Assembly: GCA_951406725.2 (NCBI GenBank)
Contig: OX597821.1
Span: 118,358,001-118,422,000 of the forward strand
Reading direction: 5' to 3'
Origin: Octopus vulgaris
Lineage: Eukaryota
DNA length: 64,000 bases
Shown: positions 25,388 through 38,062 of the stretch, piece by piece
Layout of the letters: each line of letters starts with the position of its first letter
How positions within the stretch are numbered: the first letter of the stretch is position 1
The notes under the pieces: generated by a model
What the model was told of the DNA's origin: nothing
The model's input: the letters and a program-made list of their open reading frames with translations, nothing else
Database searches by the model: none
Program-made: the position numbers and the translations under genes

Positions 25388-25389
<2 letters not shown>
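25095..25389 (-). mobile_element. tRNA-derived SINE sharing its head with 784-1162 but with a different tail
   Basis: Head GGAGGCGCAATAGCCTAGTGGTTAGGGCAGCGGACTCGCGGTCGCAGGATCGCGGTTTCGATTCC; shared middle; unrelated 3' part. Confidence 0.85.
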
Positions 25390-25477
<88 letters not shown>

Positions 25478-25732
25478 ATAGTAATGCAATACGTAAGTAT
25501 TGCTTTCCAGTAAAGGATAGCCCGTAAGGGTAAAATTATACATATAAAAGTAAATAAATGGTACAACGAAGTACCGATATTTACTGGAAAATAGCGATCG
25601 TAATAAATACGACGCTATAGTATAGCTTCACTGCATATATACTAGCAAAGACGTGTGTGTGCAACAAACATGAAAGAATTTGTCTTACCTCTAGGAAGAA
25701 CATCTGAAAATTGAAAAACCTAGAAACTGATA

Positions 25733-25803
25733 ATGCAGGACCGGTTTCAGACTCTTCAAATACGTTTGACAACGTAGATTTGATTTGTCCTCATCAGCTG
25801 CAT
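25733..25803 (-). ncRNA. Type I hammerhead ribozyme
   Basis: ATGCAG-CTGATGA-GGAC...GTCT-GAAACCGGTC-CTGCAT on the minus strand. Confidence 0.9.
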
Positions 25804-26161
25804 GTACCTAGACAAAATTTCAACTGTTGCCACATCTATGCCAGTACACTCGTCTGAACGCCAAAACGTTAACAGAACGAGAACAGTGAAGAAGTTTCAA
25901 TGAAAATAGTAATGCAATACGTAAGTATTGCTTTCCAGTAAAGGATAGCCCGTAAGGGTAAAATTATACATATAAAAGTAAATAAATGGTACAACGAAGT
26001 ACCGATATTTACTGAAAAATAGCGATCGTAATAAATACGACGCTATAGTATAGCTTCACTGCATATATACTAGCAAAGACGTGTGTGTACAACAAACATG
26101 AAAAGAATTTGTTTTACCTCTAGAAAGAACATCTGAAAATTGAAAAACCTAGAAACTGATA

Positions 26162-26232
26162 ATGCAGGACCGGTTTCAGACTCTTCAAATACGTTTGACA
26201 ACGTAGATTTGATTTGTCCTCATCAGCTGCAT
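26162..26232 (-). ncRNA. Type I hammerhead ribozyme
   Basis: Identical motif 429 nt from the previous one. Confidence 0.9.
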
Positions 26233-26428
26233 GTACCTAGACAAAATTTCAAATGTTGCCTCATCTATGCCAGTACACTCGTCTGAACGCCAAAACGTTA
26301 ACAGAACGAGAGTATTGCAATACTATTTTCATTGAAACTTCTTCACTGTTCTCGTTCTGTTAACGTTTTGGCATTCAGACGACTGTACTGGCATAGATGT
26401 GGCAACATTTGAAATTTTGTCTAGGTAC

Positions 26429-26499
26429 ATGCAGCTGATGAGGACAAATCAAATCTACGTTGTCAAACGTATTTGAAGAGTCTGAAACCGGTCCTGCAT
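26429..26499 (+). ncRNA. Type I hammerhead ribozyme
   Basis: Stem I ATGCAG/CTGCAT; CTGATGA at 26435-26441; stem II GGAC/GTCT; GAAA at 26484-26487; cleavage triplet GTC at 26491-26493. Confidence 0.9.
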
Positions 26500-26713
26500 T
26501 ATCAGTTTCTAGGTTTTTCAATTTTCAGATGTTCTTCCTAGAGGTAAGACAAATTTTTTTCATGTTTGTTGTACACACACGTCTTTGCTAGTATATATGC
26601 AGTGAAGCTATACTATAGCGTCGTATTTATTACGATCGCTATTTTCCAGTAAATATCGGTACTTCGTTGTACCATTTATTTACTTTTATACATATATATA
26701 TATATATATTTAA

Positions 26714-27470
26714 CGATCTCCTGTGTAACCAGAGCCAAGATAACACTAGCCCTAACCCTGTAGAGTCCCCGCCAAAAACATCACATGTAGCAAAACGCAT
26801 AAAATGGACTACAGAGGATTATAGAGATATGTTGAAAGTTTTCTACACAGACCAACCAAACCCAAAGAATAACCGCATTGTACAAACATATACTTCACGT
26901 AGAAACATAGTAGGCAACGAAGTATGCAGATATATAGGCGCAAATAAATTAAGGAATGTACGTAGAGACATAACTAAGAATAAAATGTTAACTGACGCTG
27001 AAATTAGTCAAATTAGGACACAAATATCTCATGACAGGCCAAATGAAAACAGCAACGATGCAGATGAAATAGTTAACAGATACAGAGAACCAATTGTACG
27101 AGCAGTACATCCCAACGAAGAAGCAGAAGAAAGAATAGCGAAGAACAAGTATGTGATAAAGGAAGAGAAAGTATACCTACCTCAAGAACACCAGAATAGA
27201 TATGACACAGAATTTGAGGTGAAAAATAAAGAGAAGGTCGTAGAAGCAAAAGAAGATATTATGAGAGAATTAAGAAAGACTGAGTTTACTGGCATGATCA
27301 ATGGAGGAACGTTACCAAAGCTCTCAAAGAGCATAAAAAAAATAAAACGTAATCATTATATATAATGTTGCTCTGAAACAGATCTCAAGAAATAACGGAA
27401 ATGAAATAACAACCTTAAATAACATAATCTTTTCCACTGCTAAAGTTGTAACTGCTGAACTAGGTATGAG
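26714..27470 (+). mobile_element. N-terminal fragment of an R4/Dong-type LINE ORF
   Basis: KRIKWTTEDY...NKLRNVRRDITKNKMLTDAEI resembles the R4-clade N-terminal domain. Confidence 0.6.
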
Positions 27471-27479
27471 GACGACACA

Positions 27480-29830
27480 GAAAAGAACTGGCCATGTCAA
27501 TAGACTTATTGACATAACCAGAGACATACAGCCTAAAGAAAGCACCAGAAATCTCCCCAATCCGAACTCCCACAAAGCAGATTGGAAATCGATCCAAAGA
27601 GAGATCCCCAGAGAGGACTGGCCCAAATATCTCTCCACACCAGACATTGACATGAAACTAGAATGTTTCATGTCTTCTGTGCAAGCCATATGCCAGAAAT
27701 ATGTCCCGGAGCACAAGGCCAAAACAAATAGGAGCAAGATTCCAAGAGAGAGGAAGATCCTCATGAGACGACGGACGAAGGTTGCAAATCGACTCAACCA
27801 ACATCCCATAAGTAGCAAAACATCACGCCTAAAATCAACACTGATGGAGATCGAAAAAAGGCTGCAACAATCCTATGTGAGGGAGAAAGCAGACAAAGAA
27901 GCCTGGGTTATAAAAATATTAAGTCAAACCCAAAGGCCTTCTTTCATTACGCGAAAGAAACAGCCTCAGTACACTACAAGATAGGACCCCTCCTCCAAAA
28001 GGATGGCTCCCTCACAGACAGTCCAACTAAGATCAGTGAGATACTGAATGACCAGTTCAAAAGTGTCTTTACCACCCCGTTGGAACACAGACAAGTGAAC
28101 GAACCAGTGGACTTCTTTGCCGCCTCACCTATAATCAGCGAGGCAGTTACAATGGAATACATTGATATTAGCGAAGAAGATATACTAATAGCCATAGATG
28201 AAGTGGACACAAACTCAACTGCTGGTCCTGATGGTTTCCTAGCAATCTTCCTCAAATTGTGTAAGCATGCCTTGGCAAAGCCCCTCCAGATTCTCTTCCA
28301 GAGCTTTCTTACAAATGGCAAACTGCCAAGCAAGCTGAAGGAGGGAATAATATGCCCAATACATAAAGGGGGAAGTAGAGCAGATGCCAAAAACTATAGG
28401 CCTATCTCTCTGACTTCACACATCAGCAAAGTCATGAAACGGATAGTCAGAGGGAAACTAATCGCATTCCTTGAAGAAAATAACTTGCTGAGTGATACCC
28501 AGCATGGTTTTCGACCAGGTAGGAGCTGCCTGACCCAGCTCTTACAACATTATGACTGGGTGTTGAGGCAGTTACTCAACAAATCAAATGTGGATGTAAT
28601 ATACTTTTATTTTGCAAAAGCTTTTGACAAGGTGGATCATGGTATGATATGCCATAAACTGCGTAACCTTGGGATAGCTGGAAAACTTGAGGAGTGGTTA
28701 CATGACTTCCTGAAAGATAGGAGTCAGGCAGTAGTAGCTAATGGAGCCACCTATATGAACACACATATAGTGTGGTGTTCCACAGGGCACTGTCTAGGGA
28801 CCACTGCTTTTTATACTGGCCCTCTCAGATATTCCCACAAATGCCCAAATAGCCACCCTTGCATACTATGATACGAAAGTCTCGCAGAAAATACAGAACC
28901 CCAGCGATGTTGCACAACTGCAGCAGGAGTAGGACTCAATTTACAAATGGGCTGAGGAAAATAATATGCAGTTTAATGCTGAAAAATTCCAAGCCCTTGC
29001 GCTACCAGCATCCAAAACTGAATATGAAACTTACAGGGTACACCGGTCCACAGGGAATTTCAATCCCAGAGCCTAAGTCAGTGAGGGACCTGGGTATCGA
29101 CATGAGTGATGATACCTCTTTCCAAGTGCACATTACTAGGATGGCTACAAAGTGCAGACGATTGGCTGAATGGATCCTAAGAACATTCAGAACCAGAGGT
29201 AAGGAAACCATGATGGTCCTCTGGCGGACATTCGTCCTCAGCCACCTGGATTACTGCTCACAGCTATGGTCACCCACCAGTGTGAAATTAGCAGCGGACC
29301 TTGAAGCAATCCAGAGAAGATTCCCAAAGAAGATTGCAACAGCTCAGCTACTGGGAAAGGTTGAAACAGTTAAGACTCTACACCTTGGAGAGAAGACGAG
29401 AGAGGTATGCAGTAATATATATCTGGAAGATCCTGGAAGGAATTGTGCCAAATTTTGGCATTGAAAGCTACACCAATGCCAGAACGGGACGACACTGCAT
29501 AGTGCCAAAGATCCCAGCAATGCCATCACGCTTCAGGACCAGTTACTGCAACAGCCTGGGTTTCAAGGGCCCACAGCTTTTTAATATTCTCCCAAAGAGT
29601 CTGAGGAACTTGCACAAAGTAGATGTAGGGGTTTTTAAATCAAAGCTGGACCTCTTCCTGTCGAGAGTCCCAGATGAACCTACCTCACGGCAAGAGGTGC
29701 AAATGAGGGTAGCTATATCAAACTCCATTCTTCACCAAGTGCCACATATTAGAGGAGGCTCTTAGTAATAACAGTGTAGCAAAACGGCGGTGCATCAGCA
29801 TGGCCACAGCTCTAAGCTGAAACTAGAGAA
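27480..29830 (+). mobile_element. CR1-group LINE, 5'-truncated, frameshifted RT
   Basis: AGPDG, NYRPISLTSHISKVM, QHGFRPGRSCLTQLL, FAKAFDKVDH, VRDLGI, HLDYCSQLWSP and LERRRER spread over several frames; 3' tail followed by (TACA)n. Confidence 0.92.
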
Positions 29831-29885
29831 GAAAATATATATACATACATACATACATACATACATACATACATACATACATACA

Positions 29886-29921
<36 letters not shown>

Positions 29922-30116
29922 TATATATTTATATACATGATTACTTGTGACAAACAATTTTAAGATGTTTGTAATGTGTAACTATATAAAACATACATAC
30001 ATACATACATACATACATACATACATACATACATACATACATACATACATACATACATACATACATACATACATACATACATACAATCGCCGTTGGCGAT
30101 TTCTTTTTTATCTGGC

Positions 30117-31560
30117 ATTTTCTGGCATTTGTATAACTCTCAATGCTGAAATTAGGTACTAACCCTTCTAGTGTTTTCCATACGTAGATTATCACATATC
30201 TGTCGCGCTTTCGCTCCAGGGAGTAAAGTTGCAGTTTGCTCAGCCTATCCCTGTACTTCATCCTCTGCAGTGTTTCAGTCTTTTTTAGTGTAGTAGTCTT
30301 GGACTGCCTCAAGCCCGCTGTTAGTTTGGCACTGTGTGGGGACCATAACTGGGGGCAGTAGTCCAGGTGGCTGAGAACAAAAGTTCTCCACTGGGTCAAC
30401 ATAATTTCTGGATCTTGCTTTGGAAGACCTCAGTATCCATACTGCCAGTTGTCTGCACATTGCTGCCATCTTGGTAATGTGCATATAAAATGATGCGTCA
30501 TTGCGCATACTGATCCCCAAATCTTTTACTGTTTGTGTCTCTAAGATTGTAGTGCCTTCGGGACCTGTGTATGCAGGCTGTAGTGCATTCGTGAGTTGAT
30601 AGTATTGTGCTTGAAATTTTCCAGCATTAAACTGCATGTTATTTATTTCAGCCCACTTCTATATCGAATTCAGGTCCTGCTGTAAGCTTGTGACGTCATC
30701 TTGATTTTTTATTGTCTGTGATAATTTTGTATCATCGCTATAGCTGGTGACAGTGGCTGTCCGAGTGACCGGTGGGCATGATTAAGAAGGCTATTATGAA
30801 CAGCAATGGCCTCCAGAACAGTTCACTTAGGATTTGAGTTTCCTCAGAAAGGGCACCATTGGCTGCAACTACCTGAGTTCTGTCTTTAAGGAAGTCATGT
30901 ATCCATTCTCCTAGTTTACCAGCAATGCCAAGGTCGCGTAGCTTATGATATATCATGCTATGATCCACCTTATCAAATGCCCCTGCAAAGTCAAGGTATA
31001 TCACGCTGACATCTGAATGGCTTAACAGCTGTTTCAAAACCCATTCATGGTGTTGTAGGAATTGTGTGAGGCATGCTGTGTATTGTTCAGTGAGTTATTT
31101 TCTTCTTGGAACATTACCAATTTCTTTTTGATGATTCGCTCCATGACTTTACTGATATGTGAAGTCAGAGAGATTGGCCTGTGATTTTTGGCCTCTACTC
31201 TGCTTCCACCTTTGTGGATATAACATATAATGCCTTCTCTCAGATTTTTTTTAGGAAGTTTACCACTTGCAAGGAAACGTTGGAAAACTATCTGAAGTGG
31301 TTTCGCTAAAGCTTGCTTACATGATTTCAGGAGAATAACCGGGAAGCCACCAGGGCTAATTGCGGAGCATGAGCTCATTTCATCTATGGCCGCTCATACA
31401 CGTCCCTTTTAGAGCTGCAATATTAAAGAATTCAACCGTTTTTTTATCTGCATGTATCCAATGGGGTGGGGAGTGAAGACACTTGTTCACTTCTCCTTCC
31501 TGGGTCCGCAGTCAGTGAGTCATTCTCTTGGAACAATGGTCCTATTTTATATTGTATTGT
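30117..31560 (-). mobile_element. Older CR1-group LINE fragment, tail-to-tail with the previous one
   Basis: RPISLTSHISKVMERI, IYLDFAGAFDKVDH and HLDYCPQLWSP in broken frames. Confidence 0.9.
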
Positions 31561-32499
31561 GGCTGTTCCCTTTGTGATTTTCTAGAAAGCTATGGGCATT
31601 TTGGTTTTTATACTTCCCACAGTTTTCTTCTCTCTCTCCCCTCTCTCTCTCTCTCTCTCTCTCTCTGCTCTTTCCCTTTCGCGAGAGACTTTGGTCTTGT
31701 TTTCGATCTCTTGGTGTGTCCGTATTAAGAAATACTTCTCCCTATCCTTCAGTTGCTTATTCAGTCGCTTTGGTTTCAGAGAAGATACCTAACCCTAACC
31801 CTAACCCTCCTACACACACACACACGCGCGCGCGCGTGCACCTGGTTATCAGATTGACTTATATAACTCGTTCACTTCTAATTAGCTTTTTTTTTGGTGT
31901 ACCTGAAGTACCACTGCTGATTCTCCTCTAAATTTGGAATACCTATTTCTCGAAGCCCCGTACTCCACATAAAATGAAAGCCGTGTTTTCTCCTTTCGTT
32001 TTTAGTAAACTTGTTCCATGTGAATATATATGTAGCCCCTCTACAGCAAGAAACCTGTTCTTCTCGGTCCCATTTTCTCTCATACTTTACCCTATTTCAT
32101 TCCTCGTTTCTTCGGCTAAAGTTGTCCCCCCCACCCCTTAGAATTTATTGTCTTGCAAAATTCATGGCAACCTCGTTAGTGCTGGCTGCATGAAACAAAC
32201 AAACAAACAAAACGCACACAGAACATACTGCGAAAGGATTGGTGTTAGGAAGGGCATCCAGACATGGGAACCACGCCAAAGCAGACACTGGAACACAAAG
32301 CAGTCCTTGGAGCCACCCTGTCTAACCAGGCAAGGATCGATTCCAGCCAATCCCCTCTGCTGTTGCTGTTGATTCTGAAAGAATGTTCTTTTTTGCTGAG
32401 ATTTCAGCTGCTTAGAGACATCCCCCACCCAAATTCAATATCCTTTTTCCACCCCCACGTGATAAGGACAGCCATTGCAAGATTTCACCAGTTTTCCTG

Positions 32500-33180
32500 C
32501 CTCTGAAATAAAGAAGCTTTGCAGTTTGTGTTCGTGGTTGAGTCCCACAGGATGGCATCTGAGGCATGTGAGTGGATTTGGTAAACGGAAACTGGAAGAA
32601 GCACATCGTATATAGATGTATATTTATATACGAGGCGTGGGGTGTGTGTGTGTACAAAAGTAGGTACACAGTATGTATCACATCAATGTTGTAATAATTT
32701 AATTCATTAAAATTATTAACACATTTAATTAGTTGGCCTCATTTTTGATATTTTCAGTGTCATCAATCATAATAATACATTTTTCATAACTATAATAATA
32801 ATTTTATCGAAACTTTTAATTATTTTTGGTAAAAAATAGACGTGTATTGTACGTGTTTTCTTTTTTCCTAACTGTACACCTACTTTTGCATCACACTGTA
32901 TCTATATTTATGTGTGTGTGTATCTTTGTGTATGCGTTTGTTCCCCATCACAGCTTGACGACCGATGTTGGTGTGTTTACCTCGCAGTAAATTATCGATT
33001 CGGTAAAAGAGACCGATAGAATAAAGAACCAAGCAAAAACAAACAAAAGAAGAAGAAGAAGAAGAAGAAGAAGAAGAAGAAGAAGAAGAAGAAGAAGAAG
33101 AAGAAGAAGATTTATTCGACTAAAAATTCTTCGAGGAGGTGCCCCAGCATGGCCGCACTCTAATGGCCGAAACAAGTAAA
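32500..33180 (+). mobile_element. Degenerate SINE (6645 family) interrupted by a Tc1-like MITE and (AAG)n
   Basis: GGATTTGGTAAACGGAAACTG..., then GGTGTGTTTAC... and tail GGTGCCCCAGCATGGCCGCA. Confidence 0.6.
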
Positions 33181-33435
33181 ATATTGTCCGTTGCCGTTTA
33201 AAGATTTAATGAAAGGGAGAAAACTGAATTCTTATTTAATTAAAGAAAATTCATGAAAAACAAAAAACAATTGAAATTTTTTCTTTTTTCTTTCTCTCTT
33301 TTTGTTTTTAATTTTTTTCAGCTGTGTTCTCTGTTTTGTCCAGCTTTCTAGTTTTATTTTGTAAAACGGTAAACACTGTGAAGAAATAAATAAAAGAAAT
33401 TATAGGGGGTGAAAAAAAATTGAATTGACCTCTGA

Positions 33436-34235
33436 ATATTTGGGGTTAATGCAGTTTCGCACCTCACCTTCAAAAATGCATCTAAGAAACAAAAATTCTT
33501 CGGATTCCTTACATGTCGGAGATTACGAATATGCAAAAAAAAAAAAAAAATCAAAATGTTACCCCCCACCATCAATTTTGAATGTATTGAAATATATTGA
33601 AGTGTAGGAATTTCATTAAAGCAGGTATGTAAAGTACATTTTCTATGGGGCTTTTTCCCTTTTGAACGGCAGATCCAGAAATTAAATTTTTTGTAACTAA
33701 ACACTTTCAAACTTCGGACACTGGTAGAAAGTGTCCAACTGCAGTAATTTTATTCGGCTGAATACACGTCATTGATTGGTTGAAATTACCGAAATACGAC
33801 AACTTTAACACGAAACAACTTCGTAAATAGAAACTTTTCTCAAAAGCGCTAAGAGTAAAAGATATTTTATATGACACATTCTAGCTGTGTCCGAAGTTTG
33901 ACAGTGTTTAATTACAAAAAATTAATTTCTCGATCTGCCGTTCAAAGGAAAAAGATCCCTTTCTATGTTCATTTGGCTAAACTGTAGAAATTGTTGTTTT
34001 GATATTGTTAAAATCCCCGCATTTTGCCATGTTGATTAAATAAAAAAAAAAACATTTCGAAAAAGTTTGAAATTCAAAAGTGGAATTGGGGTGGGTGGGT
34101 TACATTTTGAAAAAAAATTATTTTTTCACATATCGTAATCTCCAACATCTAAAACGTACGAATTCAAAGAAATTTCTTCAAAAAGAAATGCATTTTTGAA
34201 GGTGAGGTGCCGCACCGCATTGGTCGCCGAATATT
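33436..34235. mobile_element. Nested MITEs
   Basis: Outer imperfect TIRs of about 140 bp (GCACCTCACCTTCAAAAATGCAT / ATGCATTTTTGAAGGTGAGGTGC). Inner element 33648-33959 has about 85-bp TIRs and an 8-bp TSD TTTCTATG. Confidence 0.85.
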
Positions 34236-35611
34236 ATTAATGCTTCATTTGTCGATCTCAGATGAATGAAATAGCAGCTAAATCTCCCTTAAATCACATC
34301 CAACATCTTAAAAAAAAAGGGAAGAAGGATAAACTTGGGATAATGTCGTCCTTCTTCAGAGATGTAAGGGATAGTCAGGGCTGGAACGTCTTTGATCCTA
34401 AATTTTCTCTAGCAGGGTTAAGCAGCAGCAAATTAGTGTATGGCCTAACAATGGAAACTACGCGGTCATTGAACATGTTAGAAATAGCAACCACAAGCTC
34501 ACTCAATTCATATCCCACGGTCCTAAAAAGGGATATTTTTCATAATATTTGCTTTAGACACCATTTCAGTGACAAGGGACTTTCATAATATTGTTTTAAC
34601 TATACAAAAGGACGGGATGGTCATGGCTAGAATTCCTTTCGTTATACGTCTGTTTGGTCAGGACTGAGTAAAATCTAAGCAGCAACAACAACAGTACTGA
34701 AATCTGTGTCACTGACATGCAAGTAATAGCAGTCAAATGTCCTTCACAGTAACTTTTACCCTTCAGAAAAAAAGAGACGAATATATTGTGGAAGTCAATT
34801 CTGCTATACACTGGGACCTCACGTATCTAATATAGTGAATTGACAAAAACCAAGATTAAATGAACTTATCCATACAATTGTAGACAGAATCCTTCGAAGG
34901 CGGGATTTAAATTTCTGAAAAAGAGGGAAAAAAACCATGTAAGGGAGATAACTCCAATAAACTTAATGAAGTTTTGAAAAACTAAAGGAAAAGGCTGACT
35001 TTGGTGGAACTGAAGAGAATTAAATAAAACTATGCAGATCTAGAAGGAAGCATTTACGAGGTTGATTGACATGCTAGAAATAGCAGTTCAATTTCCCCCT
35101 ACCGTCTTAAAAAGGGGCTCATTAGGTTATGTAGTGCGAGATATACTATTCTAGGAAAACACGAAGAAAAGAATGAAGATGTGTTGGTCGACATGGCAAG
35201 GAGTTGGTGTATTTGAGGGTCATAAACAGACATTCGATCAGTTAGTTTGGTGCTATAGATCTTCTTGAGCAGAACTCACTCAGCAAAAATAACATCGATT
35301 AACCTCGTTGGCGGACAAGAAGCTTCAGGCTCTTTACATTCAGAGTTCAAACCTTGTCGGGATCGATAAAATAAGTACGAATCTTGTTAAAATCCTTCCA
35401 ACAATTTTAAAGTATTTCAAATTTTCTCCAGCTTTTAGTTTTTTCAAACTTTCTACACTGATGCAATTTCTTTATTATTAAGTTCCTAGAAAAAAATAAG
35501 TACCTGATTTTCGTCACTAGCATTCAAAAACTACATTTGTTTGAAAATAATTTGGTGAGATTTGAATTACTTCAAGTCGTTGGAAAAATTTTAGCAAGAT
35601 CCATAAGTACT

Positions 35612-36020
35612 TTTTCTTTATTACCCACAAAGGGCTAAACACAGAGGGGACAAACAAGGACAAACAAACGGATTAAGTCGATTATATCGACTCCAGTGCG
35701 TAACTGGTACTTATTTAATTGACTCCGAAAGGATGAAAGGCAAAGTCGACCTCGGCGGAATTTGAAGTCAGAACGTAAAGACAGACGAAATACCTATTTC
35801 TTTACTACTCACAAGGGGCTAAACACAGAGGGGACAAACAAGGACAGGCAAACGGATTAAGTCGATTATATCGACTCCAGTGCGTACTTATTTAATCGAC
35901 TCCGAAAGGATGAAAAGCAAAGTCGACCTTGGCGGAATTTCAACTCAGAACGTAACAGCAGACGAAATACTGCTATGCATTTTATCCGGCGTGCTAACGA
36001 TTCTGCCAGCTTGCCGCCTT
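35612..36020 (-). mobile_element. Dimeric SINE (4422 family)
   Basis: Two tandem bodies with one head ending AAGGCGGCAAGCTGGCAGAA. Confidence 0.85.
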
Positions 36021-36175
36021 ATATGATCCCTAAGTACTAGTTGAGCACTGGGTTCGATGCAGGCGACTAACCCCTCCCACCACAGAATTACATGTCGTAC
36101 GCTTATATTTAATTAGGAGTTTTATTACAAGGGGGACTGTTCTTTAGTAAACACCGGTTATGCCTGCCAACAACC

Positions 36176-36259
36176 ATGCCGATGGTTTGTGGTGTAAATA
36201 TTTTATGTCGCCGTCTCTTCACACCCACCAGTCAACGATGGACCCTTCATTCCGTAAAG
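36176..36259 (+). CDS. MRPS9: Mitochondrial ribosomal protein S9, exon 1 (presequence MPMVCGVNILCRRLFTPTSQRWTLHSVK)
   Basis: CAACC-ATG; Arg/Ser/Thr-rich with no acidic residues; phase-0 donor AAG|GTATAT matches the frame of the next exon. Confidence 0.65.
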
Positions 36260-36948
36260 GTATATTTCTTTAATGCTTTTTACTGTATGATCCCGAATCA
36301 ATTTATGGTTTACATATTTCTGACAGCGATGCTATTTACAGTTTTAGTTCCCCGACTAAGGTCTTGGAGATCATAATTAGGCGACTTTGCTTCGATGCTC
36401 GATTGTAGTTAATTAGCATTAACATTAATTAAGCCGTTGATGGCACTGAGAAATGTATGAACGTCACACCTTCACATCTATAATTCCATGCCGCATGTCT
36501 GTGAATATACGAAGATTCATTCTCTCTCCTCTGTCCCAATCCAGAAGGTTAAACTCGCATTTTCAGTCCATGGCCTTTAAACTATAGTGTTTTGACCCGG
36601 GCCGGAAAAAACTAAAAAAACTACTTGTTCTAAACACACACACAAAGAGAAATGGTTGGTTCAAGGCAAGTGTGAATTGAACTGAATTTAAATAAGCAAG
36701 AAAGATATTATCAAAGAAAAGGCCATAGCACCATCTTTAATATGTTGTTGTTATTATTATTATGGAGTTGAATGTGTGTGTGGTGAAGTTATTAATATCA
36801 ATACCAATACATTACCCAACACCATTGAAGTGAAATAATAGTTTCTATACGATCCTTCGGTATAAGTACACACGTGACTTTGTTTACATTTCTGAAGATA
36901 ACAGAAACACTTTTCTCCCACCCCTAATCCTAACCCTAACCCCCCCCC

Positions 36949-37006
<58 letters not shown>

Positions 37007-37609
37007 CACTTTCTTGAAATGTATCCGGTACTTACACCGAAGTTACGCCCTATACTTTTGGTTTGGCACTACTGAATTGAGTCAAAGACTATATAATACA
37101 AGTCAGCAGAAAAAAAAAATGCGATATCCATAACAGTAAAGAAATAAGACCTCCCCCAAGCAGTTACCCTTGTGTTTAAAATCTCCCTAACAAAAAGAAG
37201 AGAGGTTTTTGGCTATGGACTACATTGATCTTTCCAAGTTGTGGTTTAGCCACTATTTACACTATTTTTTTTTGTTTATTTTTGTGCCCGAGTCAGACGC
37301 TTTCAGAAATTCACAATGTGAATTTTCCGAGTCCTCTCCTCCACCCCCTTTCGCGAGCGCGCATCTTTTTTTGTCATATTCGTTTAGAGCAAGTTGTTTT
37401 TCACCACTTCACAACCAGTGTTGTTTTGTTTGTCTCCTTAACTCAGTGGTTCGGCAAAAAGAGACCAAAACAATAAGTACTAAACTTATTAAGTACTGGG
37501 GTCAAAATTGCTAGCCTTGTGCTTATAGTAGAAATCATCATCATCATCATCATCATTATTATTATTATTATTATATCGAAAAGTGGCGAATTGGCTGATG
37601 AAAAATGCT

Positions 37610-37845
37610 TTATTCTTTTGCTCTTTTACACGGTTCAGTCATTTGACTGTGGCCACGCTGGGGCACTGTCTTTAATCGAACAAATTGACCTCAGGATTTA
37701 TTCTTTGTAAGCCTAGTACTTATTCTACCGTTCGCTTTTGATGAACCACTAAGTTACAGGACGTAAACACACCAACATCAGTTGCCAAGCGATGGTGGAG
37801 GTACAAACACAGATACACAAATACATACATACACACACACATTTA

Positions 37846-37900
<55 letters not shown>

Positions 37901-38062
37901 ATAATAATGATAATAATAATAATAATCTGTCTATAAATCCACTCACAAGGCTTTGGTTGGTTTGAGGCTCTACTAGAAGATACTTGCCCAAGGTGCCATG
38001 CAGTGGGACTGAACTCGGAACCATGAGGCTGAGAAGCAAGCTTCTTATCACACGGCCACACT
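37610..38062 (-). mobile_element. SINE (6645/59140 family)
   Basis: Head, internal microsatellite and CAGTCAAATGACTG tail are present. Confidence 0.8.

Larger units (their letters stand above)
25472..26690. mobile_element. 429-bp hammerhead-containing unit: about two tandem copies plus one inverted copy (PLE pLTR or retrozyme-like)
   Basis: Units start at 25472 and about 25900; inverted copy about 26313-26690; one hammerhead per copy; TA-rich flanks. Confidence 0.9.

Noticed and set aside
31789-31807. (CCCTAA)3 telomere-like repeat, also near 36921-36941
   Set aside because: Only about three units; too short to indicate an interstitial telomere.
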